Origin: Candidatus Enterousia sp.
Lineage (GTDB): Bacteria; Pseudomonadota; Alphaproteobacteria; Rs-D84
Reading direction: 5' to 3'
Length of the DNA: 64,000 nt
Assembly (NCBI GenBank): GCA_045587125.1
Contig: JAZNBN010000020.1
Location: forward strand, 1,796-65,795
The notes beneath the pieces were generated by a model. That model made no database searches and had not been told where the DNA came from. It worked only from the letters and a program-made list of their open reading frames with translations. The translations under genes were made by a program, and so were the position numbers. Below are positions 51,118 to 60,799 of this stretch, piece by piece (position 1 is the stretch's first letter; the number at the start of each line of letters is the position of its first letter).

Positions 51118-51684
51118 ATGGATTCTAAATTGCAAATTATTTCTGGAATGTATCGTGGGCGAAAATTAGATTTGCCACGTGGGGCACGACCTACGCAAAA
51201 TCGGGCCAGAATTGCGTTGTTCAATATGCTGGAATCTGGAATTATTCAACCAAATGAAAAAATAAAAGTTTGGGATACGTTTGCAGGCAGTGGTGCGTTC
51301 GGAATTGAATGCCTGTCAAGATATCCAAATGCTGTCGCAACGTTTACAGATATTGCAAATGATTCTATTAAAACTGTGCGTAATAATTTGGCGAAAATTG
51401 ATACAGGACCACGTGCCAGTGTTGTTCAACATGATGCGATAAACGCTGTGCAAAAATTCGGTGCAGATGTTGATTTAGTGTTTTTAGATCCACCATATGC
51501 GACACCTGAACTGGGGGCCAGTTTTGTGCAAAAGTTTGGACGAATTGCAAAAACTGGCGCAATATTGATATGGGAACAAGATTCTGCTCAGGCGATGGAC
51601 GCCAATCCAAATGTTTGGGAAATTCTGCGTGATAAGCAATATGGACGGGCCCGTTTTTTAATTTTACGCAAAATTGGTGAATAA
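51118..51684 (+). CDS. rsmD: 16S rRNA m2G966 methyltransferase
   Basis: IISGMYRGRKL, RPT, FAGSGAFGIECLSR, FLDPPY. Confidence 0.9.
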   Translation: MDSKLQIISGMYRGRKLDLPRGARPTQNRARIALFNMLESGIIQPNEKIKVWDTFAGSGAFGIECLSRYPNAVATFTDIANDSIKTVRNNLAKIDTGPRASVVQHDAINAVQKFGADVDLVFLDPPYATPELGASFVQKFGRIAKTGAILIWEQDSAQAMDANPNVWEILRDKQYGRARFLILRKIGE

Positions 51685-51782
51685 AACCCTTGATTTTTCA
51701 AAGCTTTTAAGTAATAATAGGCCGGCGCAGCACCCTTGGAGGCTGCCAAAAACTTAAAATAACGCTATAAAAGGATTATAAA

Positions 51783-52391
51783 ATGGCAATAAACTTAAAC
51801 GCAGAAATTCGCAATGTTGCTGGCAAGGGGGCCGCACGTAGCATCCGCAATAACAAAAATGTCCCTGCTGTTATCTATGGGGAAAAGAAAGCCCCTGTTG
51901 CAATTGAATTAAATGGTCGTGAATTCGATATGCTGTTGCAAACACCAGGTTTGCGGACTAAATTGTTCCAAATTAAAACAGCCGAAGGTACAGAAGACGC
52001 AATGTTGATGGACGTACAATATCACCCAGTAAGTGATGCTGTTATCCACGCAGACTTTAAACGTATTGATGTTAAAAAGCCTGTTAACGTTGTTGTGCCG
52101 GTTGAAGTTATCAATGCAGATATATCACGTGGTTTGAAATTGGGTGGTACATTGAACTTTGCGGTACGTAAAGTTGCATTGCGTGGCTTGGTTGATGTTA
52201 TCCCAGAAAAAATTGTTATTGATTTGGCATCTTTGACAATTGGTGACGTGGTTCACGGTACTGATTTGGTATTGCCAGCAGGTGTTGAATTGGGCTTGCA
52301 TCAGGCTGAATTGGCATTCGCAATCATCGGTGGTAAAATGCCTGCCGAAGATGGTGCAGAAGCTGCAAAAGCGGCTGCCGCGAAAAAATAA
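51783..52391 (+). CDS. rplY: 50S ribosomal protein L25/Ctc
   Basis: GKGAARSIR..VPAVIYG, DVQYHPV..HADF, long Ctc form. Confidence 0.95.
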   Translation: MAINLNAEIRNVAGKGAARSIRNNKNVPAVIYGEKKAPVAIELNGREFDMLLQTPGLRTKLFQIKTAEGTEDAMLMDVQYHPVSDAVIHADFKRIDVKKPVNVVVPVEVINADISRGLKLGGTLNFAVRKVALRGLVDVIPEKIVIDLASLTIGDVVHGTDLVLPAGVELGLHQAELAFAIIGGKMPAEDGAEAAKAAAAKK

Positions 52392-52512
52392 TTTTTTTCT
52401 GTTTAGAAAAAAACAGGAGAAAAATTACACCCCATTTGGGGTGTTTTTTTGTTGTGTAAAGGTGATGTAATTTGGTAAAATAATCCTATGTGATTAAAAC
52501 AATGGGGTTGTT

Positions 52513-53445
52513 ATGGCTGTTGGTAAATTTAGAAAGAAATTTGCACATTTAATAACGTCTTTGATTCCTTTTAGACGTCCCAGAACATTTGTTTATCATT
52601 TGATATGTAATCCAGATTTGTCCGGACGTTGGCACAGGTTTGTTCAGGGACGTAAAATGTGGGCCGATGAAAAACAGCGTAGAAAAAGCGGTGTTAAATA
52701 TCCGTATAAATTGTCTGTTGTTGCAATTATGAAAAACGAAGGTCCGTATTTGCGGGAATGGATTGAGTATCATAAATTAGTTGGTGTGGAAAAATTTTAT
52801 CTGTATAACAATGACAGTACCGATGATACAGTTAAAATACTGGCACCGTATGTTAAAAGTGGTTTGGTTGAATTAATTGATTTCCCAGGCGAAAAGAAAC
52901 AAATTCCTGCGTATAACGATTGTGTGGCACGTCATAAAATGGATACAAAATGGTTGGCTTTGATTGATTTAGATGAATTTATCGTGCCTGATTCTGGTGG
53001 GGATAAAGTAACAGATATCTTGGATAAGTTGTCAAAACATATATCTCAGATTTGGATAAGGTGGGTCTTTTATGGTTCAAATGGCCATATAACAAAACCT
53101 GATGGATTGGTAACGGAAAGTTATACAAAACGTGCCAAGAAACAAACGTGGCATTATAAATCTATTGTAAATCCCAGGTTGGTATTTTCAACAGGCTGTC
53201 ATGAACAGGTTGTTGCAAAGCGTACAAAACAAATGCCAACCAAGGTTATTCGTATAAATCACTATTTTTGTAAGTCTTGGGAAGAGTTTTCTAAACGTGC
53301 GGGTCGTGGTGATGCGTTTAATGGGACTCAGTTTGGAATTAAAAGATATACCAGACAATTCTTTGATTCACGTGATAAAAATGATGTTGAAGACAGAATT
53401 ATGGATAAATACCTGGCTCAATTACGTAAAAATTTAAGAAAATAA
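52513..53445 (+). CDS. Glycosyltransferase family 92 / GT2-like
   Basis: AIMKNEGPYLREWIEYH, YNNDSTD, IDLDEF, KSIVNP, INHY. Confidence 0.85.
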   Translation: MAVGKFRKKFAHLITSLIPFRRPRTFVYHLICNPDLSGRWHRFVQGRKMWADEKQRRKSGVKYPYKLSVVAIMKNEGPYLREWIEYHKLVGVEKFYLYNNDSTDDTVKILAPYVKSGLVELIDFPGEKKQIPAYNDCVARHKMDTKWLALIDLDEFIVPDSGGDKVTDILDKLSKHISQIWIRWVFYGSNGHITKPDGLVTESYTKRAKKQTWHYKSIVNPRLVFSTGCHEQVVAKRTKQMPTKVIRINHYFCKSWEEFSKRAGRGDAFNGTQFGIKRYTRQFFDSRDKNDVEDRIMDKYLAQLRKNLRK

Positions 53446-53456
53446 GTTTATTGCCC

Positions 53457-53484
53457 CTTGAAAAGATTTTTTGCATAACTATAT
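53457..53484 (+). promoter_or_regulatory. RpoH (sigma32)-like promoter of dnaK
   Basis: CTTGAA...CTATAT, resembling the alphaproteobacterial heat-shock consensus. Confidence 0.55.
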
Positions 53485-53519
53485 GGTGGGTAAGCAAAAA
53501 AATTTAAGGAGTGAATATT

Positions 53520-55415
53520 ATGGGAAAAGTATTAGGTATTGATTTGGGTACAACTAATTCAGCCATGGCTTTTATGGATGGAAATGAACCAAAAATCATT
53601 GAAAATGCCGAAGGACAACGTACAACACCATCTGTGGTGGCGTTGACATCGGGTGGTGAACAATTGGTTGGTATTACAGCCAAGAATCAGGCCGTAACAA
53701 ATCCAGAAAATACAATTTATGAAATCAAACGTTTGATGGGATTGCGCTTTGATAGCCCTGCGGTCAAAGAAATCGCTGCACGTGTGCCATATAAAATTGT
53801 TTCGGGTGATAATGGTGACGCATGGGTGGAAATGGACGGCAAAAAATATGCCCCATCTCAGATTTCTGCTATGATTTTGGCAAAATTGAAAAAAGATGCA
53901 GAAAGTTATTTGGGTGAAACGGTAACTGATGCTGTTATTACGGTGCCTGCATACTTTAATGACTCACAACGTCAGGCAACCAAAGATGCCGGTCGTATTG
54001 CAGGTCTGAATGTTTTGCGTATTGTTAATGAACCAACCGCCGCAGCGTTGGCATATGGTTTAGACAAAGGTAAAGATGGCGTTATCGCTGTGTATGACTT
54101 GGGTGGTGGTACATTTGACGTTTCTATTTTGGAAATCGTAGATGGTGTATTTGAAGTTAAATCAACAAATGGTGATACGGCATTGGGCGGTTCTGACTTT
54201 GACGCACGTATTTTGGAACATTTGATTGCAGAATTTAAATCACAGACAGGTATTGATTTGTCTGGTGATAAATTGGCTTTGCAACGTTTGAAAGAAGCAG
54301 CTGAAAAAGCAAAAATTGAATTGTCGTCTAAGACATCAACAGATATCAATTTGCCTTTCTTGACGGCAGATGCATCTGGTCCAAAGCATTTCAATACAAC
54401 ACTGACACGTGCAAAATTGGAATCTTTGGTTGCGGATTTGATTGAACGAACAATTGAACCTTGCAAAAAGGCTTTGAAAGACGCAGGTTTGGAAAAATCT
54501 CAGATTAACGAAGTTATCTTGGTTGGTGGTCAAACACGTATGCCAAAGGTTGCAGAAACAGTAAAAGAATTCTTTGGTCGTGAACCACACAAAGGTGTTA
54601 ACCCAGACGAAGTTGTTGGTATGGGGGCTGCAATTCAAGGCGGTGTATTAAAAGGCGATGTAAAAGACGTTCTGTTGTTGGACGTTACGCCATTGTCTTT
54701 GGGTATTGAAACATTGGGTGGTGTATTTACACGTTTGATTGACAGAAATACAACAATCCCAACCAAAAAATCTCAGGTTTTCAGTACAGCAGAAGATAAT
54801 CAATCTGCGGTAACTATTCGCGTATTCCAAGGTGAACGTGATATGGCGGCTGATAACAAATTGTTGGGTCAATTTAATCTGGAAGGTATTGCAGCTGCTC
54901 CACGTGGTATGCCACAAATTGAAGTTTCTTTTGATATTGACGCAAACGGTATCGTTCACGTATCTGCAAAAGATAAAGGCACCGGTAAAGAACAGGCAAT
55001 TTCAATTAAATCTGATGGTGGATTGTCCGAAGATGAAATCAAACGCATGGTTGATGAAGCCGCTGCAAATGCCGAAGCCGATAAAAAGAAACGTGAATTG
55101 GTCGAAGCGAAAAATACGGCTGAAACAGCAATCTTTACAATTGAAAAGTCTTTGAAAGAACATGGCGATAAAATCAGTGAAGATGAAAAGAAAGCAATTG
55201 AAGAAGCAAAACAGGCATTAAGTGATGAACTGGCCAAAGCAGATGCAACTGTTGAATCTTTGAAAGAAAAAACTGATGCGTTATCAGAAAAAGCAATGAA
55301 ATTGGGCGAAGCCGTTTATAAAGCAGCCCAAGCAGAACAAGCCACATCAGATGGTGAACAGCCAAAGAAAAATGATGATGGCACAGTTGATGCAGACTTT
55401 TCTGAAAAGAAATAA
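53520..55415 (+). CDS. dnaK: Chaperone DnaK
   Basis: [42 protein letters not shown]. Confidence 0.99.
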   Translation: MGKVLGIDLGTTNSAMAFMDGNEPKIIENAEGQRTTPSVVALTSGGEQLVGITAKNQAVTNPENTIYEIKRLMGLRFDSPAVKEIAARVPYKIVSGDNGDAWVEMDGKKYAPSQISAMILAKLKKDAESYLGETVTDAVITVPAYFNDSQRQATKDAGRIAGLNVLRIVNEPTAAALAYGLDKGKDGVIAVYDLGGGTFDVSILEIVDGVFEVKSTNGDTALGGSDFDARILEHLIAEFKSQTGIDLSGDKLALQRLKEAAEKAKIELSSKTSTDINLPFLTADASGPKHFNTTLTRAKLESLVADLIERTIEPCKKALKDAGLEKSQINEVILVGGQTRMPKVAETVKEFFGREPHKGVNPDEVVGMGAAIQGGVLKGDVKDVLLLDVTPLSLGIETLGGVFTRLIDRNTTIPTKKSQVFSTAEDNQSAVTIRVFQGERDMAADNKLLGQFNLEGIAAAPRGMPQIEVSFDIDANGIVHVSAKDKGTGKEQAISIKSDGGLSEDEIKRMVDEAAANAEADKKKRELVEAKNTAETAIFTIEKSLKEHGDKISEDEKKAIEEAKQALSDELAKADATVESLKEKTDALSEKAMKLGEAVYKAAQAEQATSDGEQPKKNDDGTVDADFSEKK

Positions 55416-55445
55416 AAAAATCCCCCCGTTTGGGGGATTTTTTTT
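55414..55445 (+). terminator. dnaK terminator
   Basis: aaaaaaatccccc-cgtt-tgggggatttttttt. Confidence 0.85.
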
Positions 55446-55526
55446 ATGATTAAACCCCAAAGAATATTATTGACAATTGTTTGTTTGGTATAGTATTATT
55501 ATAATGACTAATATAGGGGTTATACA

Positions 55527-55940
55527 ATGAATATCAAAAAAACAGTTAAAGATATCTTGGCACGTGAATATAACTTAAAGTCTGTTGAAGAATATATGGT
55601 ATTTTCGACTGACTTAAAGTTTCGTAATTTGGATATGGTTGTATTTATGATGTTGTTGGAACAGGAGTTGGGGTATGGTTTGCCTCGTGAAATATCCACT
55701 GGGTTCAGTTTGGGATCCAAAATGACAGTTGGTGATTTGATTAAAAAGGTAGAGTCCTATCCTGTTGCTGGATTATATAGGGTGGTTGATGGTAATGCTA
55801 TATGTTGTCTGAGTGATAAAAAATGTTCAAAAATATCAAAAAAAGAAGTTGCTCAGAATAAGGATTTTGATAATTTATGCGCACAACGTAAATGTGTGTT
55901 GGAATGTAATTTTCAAAGATTAAAACAAATAATAAAATAA
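55527..55940 (+). CDS. Acyl-carrier-protein-like domain (no Ppant Ser) plus Cys-rich tail
   Basis: VKDILAREY..FSTDLKFRNLDMVVFMMLLEQELGY..MTVGDLIKKVE matches the ACP helix pattern. Confidence 0.7.
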   Translation: MNIKKTVKDILAREYNLKSVEEYMVFSTDLKFRNLDMVVFMMLLEQELGYGLPREISTGFSLGSKMTVGDLIKKVESYPVAGLYRVVDGNAICCLSDKKCSKISKKEVAQNKDFDNLCAQRKCVLECNFQRLKQIIK

Positions 55941-55949
55941 GGATAAAAA

Positions 55950-56660
55950 ATGACTATTGCAGATAAAGTTAAATCTTTTTTGAAAAATGATTTGGCTTGC
56001 CAAAATGTAACAGATGCTATGTTGTTAAAGGCAAATCTGAAACTGGACGAATTAGATGTTTATGAATTGATACATGCGATTGAATGTCAATTTAAAATTT
56101 CTTTGCCAGATTCAATTGGAAAAGATTATGCCAAAGGTGTTGATTGCACAGTTGCTGAGTTAATACGGAAAATAGAAAATGGTGCGAATAAAAATATGAC
56201 GCAGACTGTGGTCGGTCAACCATCAAAAATAAAATCTGTTGTTTTAAATAAAACAGAAATAACAGACAGACATTATATTGTAGAATTTTATAACCCTTGG
56301 TGGGGACGTTTTGCGATTGATTTTAAATATGATAATGCGTCACATGCAGAACATAATATGTTGAATATAATGCGTGTTGGGGATTATTTTATGGTCAAAG
56401 GTAAACCCAGTAATGCAGAGGTAAATGACGTTTGTGAATTTAGTGTCGTTAGATATATGCGTCAGGAAACAGAAGCAGCACGCAAATCAGGACGTGAATT
56501 GAATATTCCAAATATGTCTGTTCGTGAAATGGATAATTTGGCAGATAATATATTGGATATGTTGAATCAATATAAAAAGCAAGAATTTGCCGATATTCAA
56601 AATGAAAAACAGAATTTTTTAAGTAAAATAAAACAAAAAATTTTAGGTTTAGGCAAATAA
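55950..56660 (+). CDS. Acyl-carrier-protein-like domain (DEL in place of DSL) fused to an unknown C-terminal domain
   Basis: IADKVKSFL..LKANLKLDELDVYELIHAIECQFKISLPD..TVAELIRKIE. Confidence 0.72.
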   Translation: MTIADKVKSFLKNDLACQNVTDAMLLKANLKLDELDVYELIHAIECQFKISLPDSIGKDYAKGVDCTVAELIRKIENGANKNMTQTVVGQPSKIKSVVLNKTEITDRHYIVEFYNPWWGRFAIDFKYDNASHAEHNMLNIMRVGDYFMVKGKPSNAEVNDVCEFSVVRYMRQETEAARKSGRELNIPNMSVREMDNLADNILDMLNQYKKQEFADIQNEKQNFLSKIKQKILGLGK

Positions 56661-56683
56661 AAAATCCCCATATTGGGGATTTT

Positions 56684-57763
56684 TTATTTCTGTTCGCCGA
56701 TGTAAATTCCCATGTCATACGCAACGTCCAGCAAAGGATTGTCTGGTGATACGTATGCGTTTGATGTCATTAAATTCGGAATTTTTGGATCACGGACGAC
56801 TTCGCCAGATTCAATCATTTCAGATAATGCAACTGTTTTGCATTCATCGCCAATCAATGCAGTCATAACGTTTGTTTCGTTGTTTTCAATTGCATGTAAT
56901 GCACAGTCTGCGAAACGTGTCGCCAATATACGATCTGCGGCGGTTGTGTCCCCTGCCCGTTGGGTGTGTTCTGGAAATGCGGTTCTGTTTACAATTCCGG
57001 CGGCGGTTAATTTACGCGATATCATGTCGGCAGGTTTGCCGGAATGTCCACGTAATGTTATGCCTTCGGATACCATGATAATTCCATAATCTGGCTTAGA
57101 TTTTTTTATATGTTTTACCAATGCGTCTATATCAAATTTAATTTCGGGTATCAATATCGCAGATGCACCAGTCGCAACCCCGGCGTACAATGCCAGATTT
57201 CCACAATCGCGTCCCATGGCTTGGACTACAAACCATCTGTGATGACTGCGTGCGGTCAGTATTAATTGGTCGCAATATGATGTCAATTGTTGAACAGCGG
57301 TATCAAATCCAATTGTACGGTCAGTCAGTGGAATGTCCATATCAATTGTTTTTGGAATACATATTAATTGCAAGTCTTTATATATTTGTTTGTTGTCCCA
57401 TGCCAAAGAAATACTGCCGTTGCCACCGATTAAAATTAACGCATCCAGTTTCAATTCAGACAAAGATTGGTGTAATTTTTTGTTAAATGCGGCAATGCGT
57501 CCACGTTCCAATGCGGTTTCAAAGTTTAATGCGTTTGCGTATCCGTTGTGCAGAAAACTGCCCGCCAGACGTGCGTTTTCAATAGGTATCATTAAATCAT
57601 TTAATAAAACCGCCGCAGGTGGCGTTGTACACAGTCCGTCTGTGCCGTCTAAGATACCCCAAACCTGCCATTTACGTAGTGTGGCACCACGGACAATACG
57701 TTGAATTGCGGTGTTTAATCCACTGCAATCACCCCCCGTTGTCATAATTCCAATCTTTTTCAT
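56684..57763 (-). CDS. pfkA: 6-phosphofructokinase (PfkA family, group III-like)
   Basis: GGDCSGLN, GGNGS, PKTIDMD, GFDTA, MGR, IPE. Confidence 0.9.
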   Translation of the reverse strand: MKKIGIMTTGGDCSGLNTAIQRIVRGATLRKWQVWGILDGTDGLCTTPPAAVLLNDLMIPIENARLAGSFLHNGYANALNFETALERGRIAAFNKKLHQSLSELKLDALILIGGNGSISLAWDNKQIYKDLQLICIPKTIDMDIPLTDRTIGFDTAVQQLTSYCDQLILTARSHHRWFVVQAMGRDCGNLALYAGVATGASAILIPEIKFDIDALVKHIKKSKPDYGIIMVSEGITLRGHSGKPADMISRKLTAAGIVNRTAFPEHTQRAGDTTAADRILATRFADCALHAIENNETNVMTALIGDECKTVALSEMIESGEVVRDPKIPNLMTSNAYVSPDNPLLDVAYDMGIYIGEQK

Positions 57764-57871
57764 ATTCTCCCCTATTTTTCTGTTACATTATATCACAAAT
57801 AAATTGACAAAGAAATATTATTTGCAATAATTTGTCCAAGATATAAAAATAAATACCAAAAGGCATTGGAA

Positions 57872-59026
57872 ATGGCAAAAAATGATAAGCAAAATATGGG
57901 TAAAACTAAACGTTCCACAGATGATTTAATCAATGATGCAATTAATAAACAAAACGATTGGTTGGAAAATCGTCGTGAATATACTCGTGGATTTTTAAAG
58001 TCTTTGAATATGTTTGCGAAAAAGTCTGACAAGAAATCTGAAAAAGTATTGTCTGCAAAGACAGAAGAACAACCTGTTGCGGAAAAGAAATCACGCGGTG
58101 TATTGTCTTTTTGGTTCCCAATGTTGTGTGTGGTTGTTTGTGTGATAATTGCTGCTTGGACTGTGTTTGTACGCCCTATTCCACAGCCACGTATTGCAAT
58201 TGTTCCTGATGTACCGGCGCCAGTTGTAAAAAAAGTTGTACATAATATTAAAATGCCTGAATTTGATATTGTGCGTATTGATAAAACAGGTCATGTGATT
58301 ATCGCAGGTCGTTGGTCTCCGAATAAAAATATTTCTGTGGTTGTAAATGGTAAAATCATTGCAACAGAATTAACAAATGAATATGGCGAATTTGCATATT
58401 CTTCTGTACGTCCATGGGATGCAGGTAATTATACAATCGCACTGTTGGGCGCAGATCCAGAAATTAAATCAAACGATAAAGTATTCGTATATGTTTCTGG
58501 ACGTGGCGCACATAATTCTGTGTCTTTGTTGATGACCAAAGATGGCAGTACTGTATTACAGGCCCCATCTGTGTTGTATGATGGTGATTTAGTGGTCAGC
58601 AAAATAGACTATTTATCAGGTGGCCGTGTTGTTGTAACAGGTAATGCGTTGCCCAGATTGCGTGTGTCTTTGACATTAAATGGTAAATATATGGGTTTTG
58701 CACGTGTATCAGATCATAAACATTTTGGTTTGGGTGCAGATATTGGCGAATTAGAACCAGGTAAAGAATACGAATTAGCTATTCGTTTACATGACGGTGA
58801 TGGACGTACAATATCACATGTTGCACGTAAATTCGTTATGCCAGAAATGACAGGCGATGAAGATACTTATTACACAGTACGTCGTGGCGATTGTTTGTGG
58901 ATTATTGCACGTAACTTTATGCGCCGTGGTATTTTGTTCAGCATTATTGCAGAACGTAATAATATCAAAAATCCTGATTTGATTTTCCCAAAGCAAAGAT
59001 TACAAATCCCAGTCGGCGCAAAATAA
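57872..59026 (+). CDS. Membrane-anchored Ig-like/LysM peptidoglycan-binding protein
   Basis: TM segment, PEFDIVRI..G.VIIAGR, C-terminal LysM YTVRRGDCLWIIA..IKNPDLIFP. Confidence 0.88.
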   Translation: MAKNDKQNMGKTKRSTDDLINDAINKQNDWLENRREYTRGFLKSLNMFAKKSDKKSEKVLSAKTEEQPVAEKKSRGVLSFWFPMLCVVVCVIIAAWTVFVRPIPQPRIAIVPDVPAPVVKKVVHNIKMPEFDIVRIDKTGHVIIAGRWSPNKNISVVVNGKIIATELTNEYGEFAYSSVRPWDAGNYTIALLGADPEIKSNDKVFVYVSGRGAHNSVSLLMTKDGSTVLQAPSVLYDGDLVVSKIDYLSGGRVVVTGNALPRLRVSLTLNGKYMGFARVSDHKHFGLGADIGELEPGKEYELAIRLHDGDGRTISHVARKFVMPEMTGDEDTYYTVRRGDCLWIIARNFMRRGILFSIIAERNNIKNPDLIFPKQRLQIPVGAK

Positions 59027-59044
59027 ACGCAAGAGGAAATACTT

Positions 59045-60772
59045 ATGGCAGAAAAATTTACACTGGCATTGTCAGAACAAGAATTATTAGAACGTACAAA
59101 TCCAGCTGCCTTTACACCATATAAAATGTTGGGGGCGGATGCACCGGAATACATGGCACTGTCTGAAAATGATAAAAAGGCACTGAAACATTTGGTTCGT
59201 GCGTCCGATATCATAGATCGTGTGGCGTTGCGAATGGATCATCATTATAACATTCGATTTGAAAACTTTTTAACCCAAAAAATCAAGTTGGGGGACGAAC
59301 GTGCAAAGATGACTATGGATTTATTTCGTGGACAACGTGGTATATTTGGTCATGAAAGAAATGGTAATACTGTTGCATTGGCGTCTGGTGTACGGGCCTG
59401 TCCAGGGCGCGGGTTTTATCCATATGATTTATCTGTGCCTGAATTTCATGATATTTTAATTGATATGTTGAACAATGGCCAAGATGCCCAGGTCAAAGAT
59501 ATATTAAATCAAAGAACGGTTGTTAAACGTCATGGTGCACAGTTAGTGGCACAAGATTATACAGTCGCATTTCAAGACTATTTTCGTACGGCGGCGGTAT
59601 GTTTAGAGGTTGCTGCACATCATGCAACAGATTTGAACTTTAAAGAGTATTTAAAAATGCAATCTGCGGCATTAACAAATAATGCACCTTTGTTAGATTG
59701 TCGGGCTGATAAAAAATGGGCAACGTTGCAAAGCGGGCCATTGGAATTTACGCTGGGGCGTGAAAGTTATGATGATGCGATGACACCAACTGTGTTAAAT
59801 AATCCAAAATTAAAAGCAATGTTGGACGAACGTGGAATTGTGCCCTATGCAAAAGACAGTTTGGGTGCAACAGTTGGTATTATTGATAAATCCGGAACTG
59901 ATTATCTGTTGGAAATAAAAGATTATTTACCAATACTGGCGGCGCAAATGCCACGTAAATCTGAATATGAACAGAATATAACCCAAGATACCAAACAAAC
60001 AATGGTTGATGTTGATTTGGTCGCGGTCAGTGGACATTATGCCGCATATCGTGGCGGAATATCGTTGGCATTTAATTTGCCGAATGCAGATAAATTAGCG
60101 GTACAAACTGGTGGTGGACACAGAACTGTTTATTTAAAGCAAATGCGTCAGTCTAAATATGCGACGGCCCTGCCTGAAAAATTAAACGCATTGTTGGCAC
60201 CAGCGTTCCATAAATATTTTTCTGTGTCTGCATTGCATGATTTTACGATACTGCATGAAAATATGCATTCGTTGGGGCCGAAAAAAGGTTTGGAATCGTT
60301 GGGCGAATATAAAAATATTATAGAAGAACACAAGGCCGATGCAGGATCGGTTGCGATGCTGGATATATTGGTGCATTGCGGATTCTTTACGCCACAGCAA
60401 AGGGAAGAAATAATAACGTCATGGTTGGTTGCGTATTTGTATCCGGCGGCAAATTTCAAAACCGCACATTCAAAGCGTAATATTATGCAACATAACATGT
60501 TATTTGAAAACGATGCAATTAAATTAGATAACGCGGGTCGTATGGTGATTGATTTTAATCGTGTAACGGAACGTGGTTATAAAATGTTGTCAGATGCGAT
60601 TGATATTCAATTGTCTGGCAATCCAGATATGGCACGCAAGTATATTGAAAAATATGCGGTTTGGTCGCCCCAATTACAGGTGTTGGGCAAAAAATTGTCT
60701 GCGGTTGATAAACAACGTAATTCATATATTGTTGAACCGTTGGCGGATATGTTACGAAATAAAACCAGATAA
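59045..60772 (+). CDS. M49-family (DPP III-like) metallopeptidase, HEXXH variant
   Basis: GRGFYPYD, AFNLPN, LHENMHSLGP, IEEHKAD. Confidence 0.82.
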   Translation: MAEKFTLALSEQELLERTNPAAFTPYKMLGADAPEYMALSENDKKALKHLVRASDIIDRVALRMDHHYNIRFENFLTQKIKLGDERAKMTMDLFRGQRGIFGHERNGNTVALASGVRACPGRGFYPYDLSVPEFHDILIDMLNNGQDAQVKDILNQRTVVKRHGAQLVAQDYTVAFQDYFRTAAVCLEVAAHHATDLNFKEYLKMQSAALTNNAPLLDCRADKKWATLQSGPLEFTLGRESYDDAMTPTVLNNPKLKAMLDERGIVPYAKDSLGATVGIIDKSGTDYLLEIKDYLPILAAQMPRKSEYEQNITQDTKQTMVDVDLVAVSGHYAAYRGGISLAFNLPNADKLAVQTGGGHRTVYLKQMRQSKYATALPEKLNALLAPAFHKYFSVSALHDFTILHENMHSLGPKKGLESLGEYKNIIEEHKADAGSVAMLDILVHCGFFTPQQREEIITSWLVAYLYPAANFKTAHSKRNIMQHNMLFENDAIKLDNAGRMVIDFNRVTERGYKMLSDAIDIQLSGNPDMARKYIEKYAVWSPQLQVLGKKLSAVDKQRNSYIVEPLADMLRNKTR

Positions 60773-60799
60773 AAAATGTCCCAAATGGGACATTTTTTT
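60771..60799. terminator. Bidirectional terminator
   Basis: aaaaaatgtccc-aaat-gggacatttttt. Confidence 0.85.
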
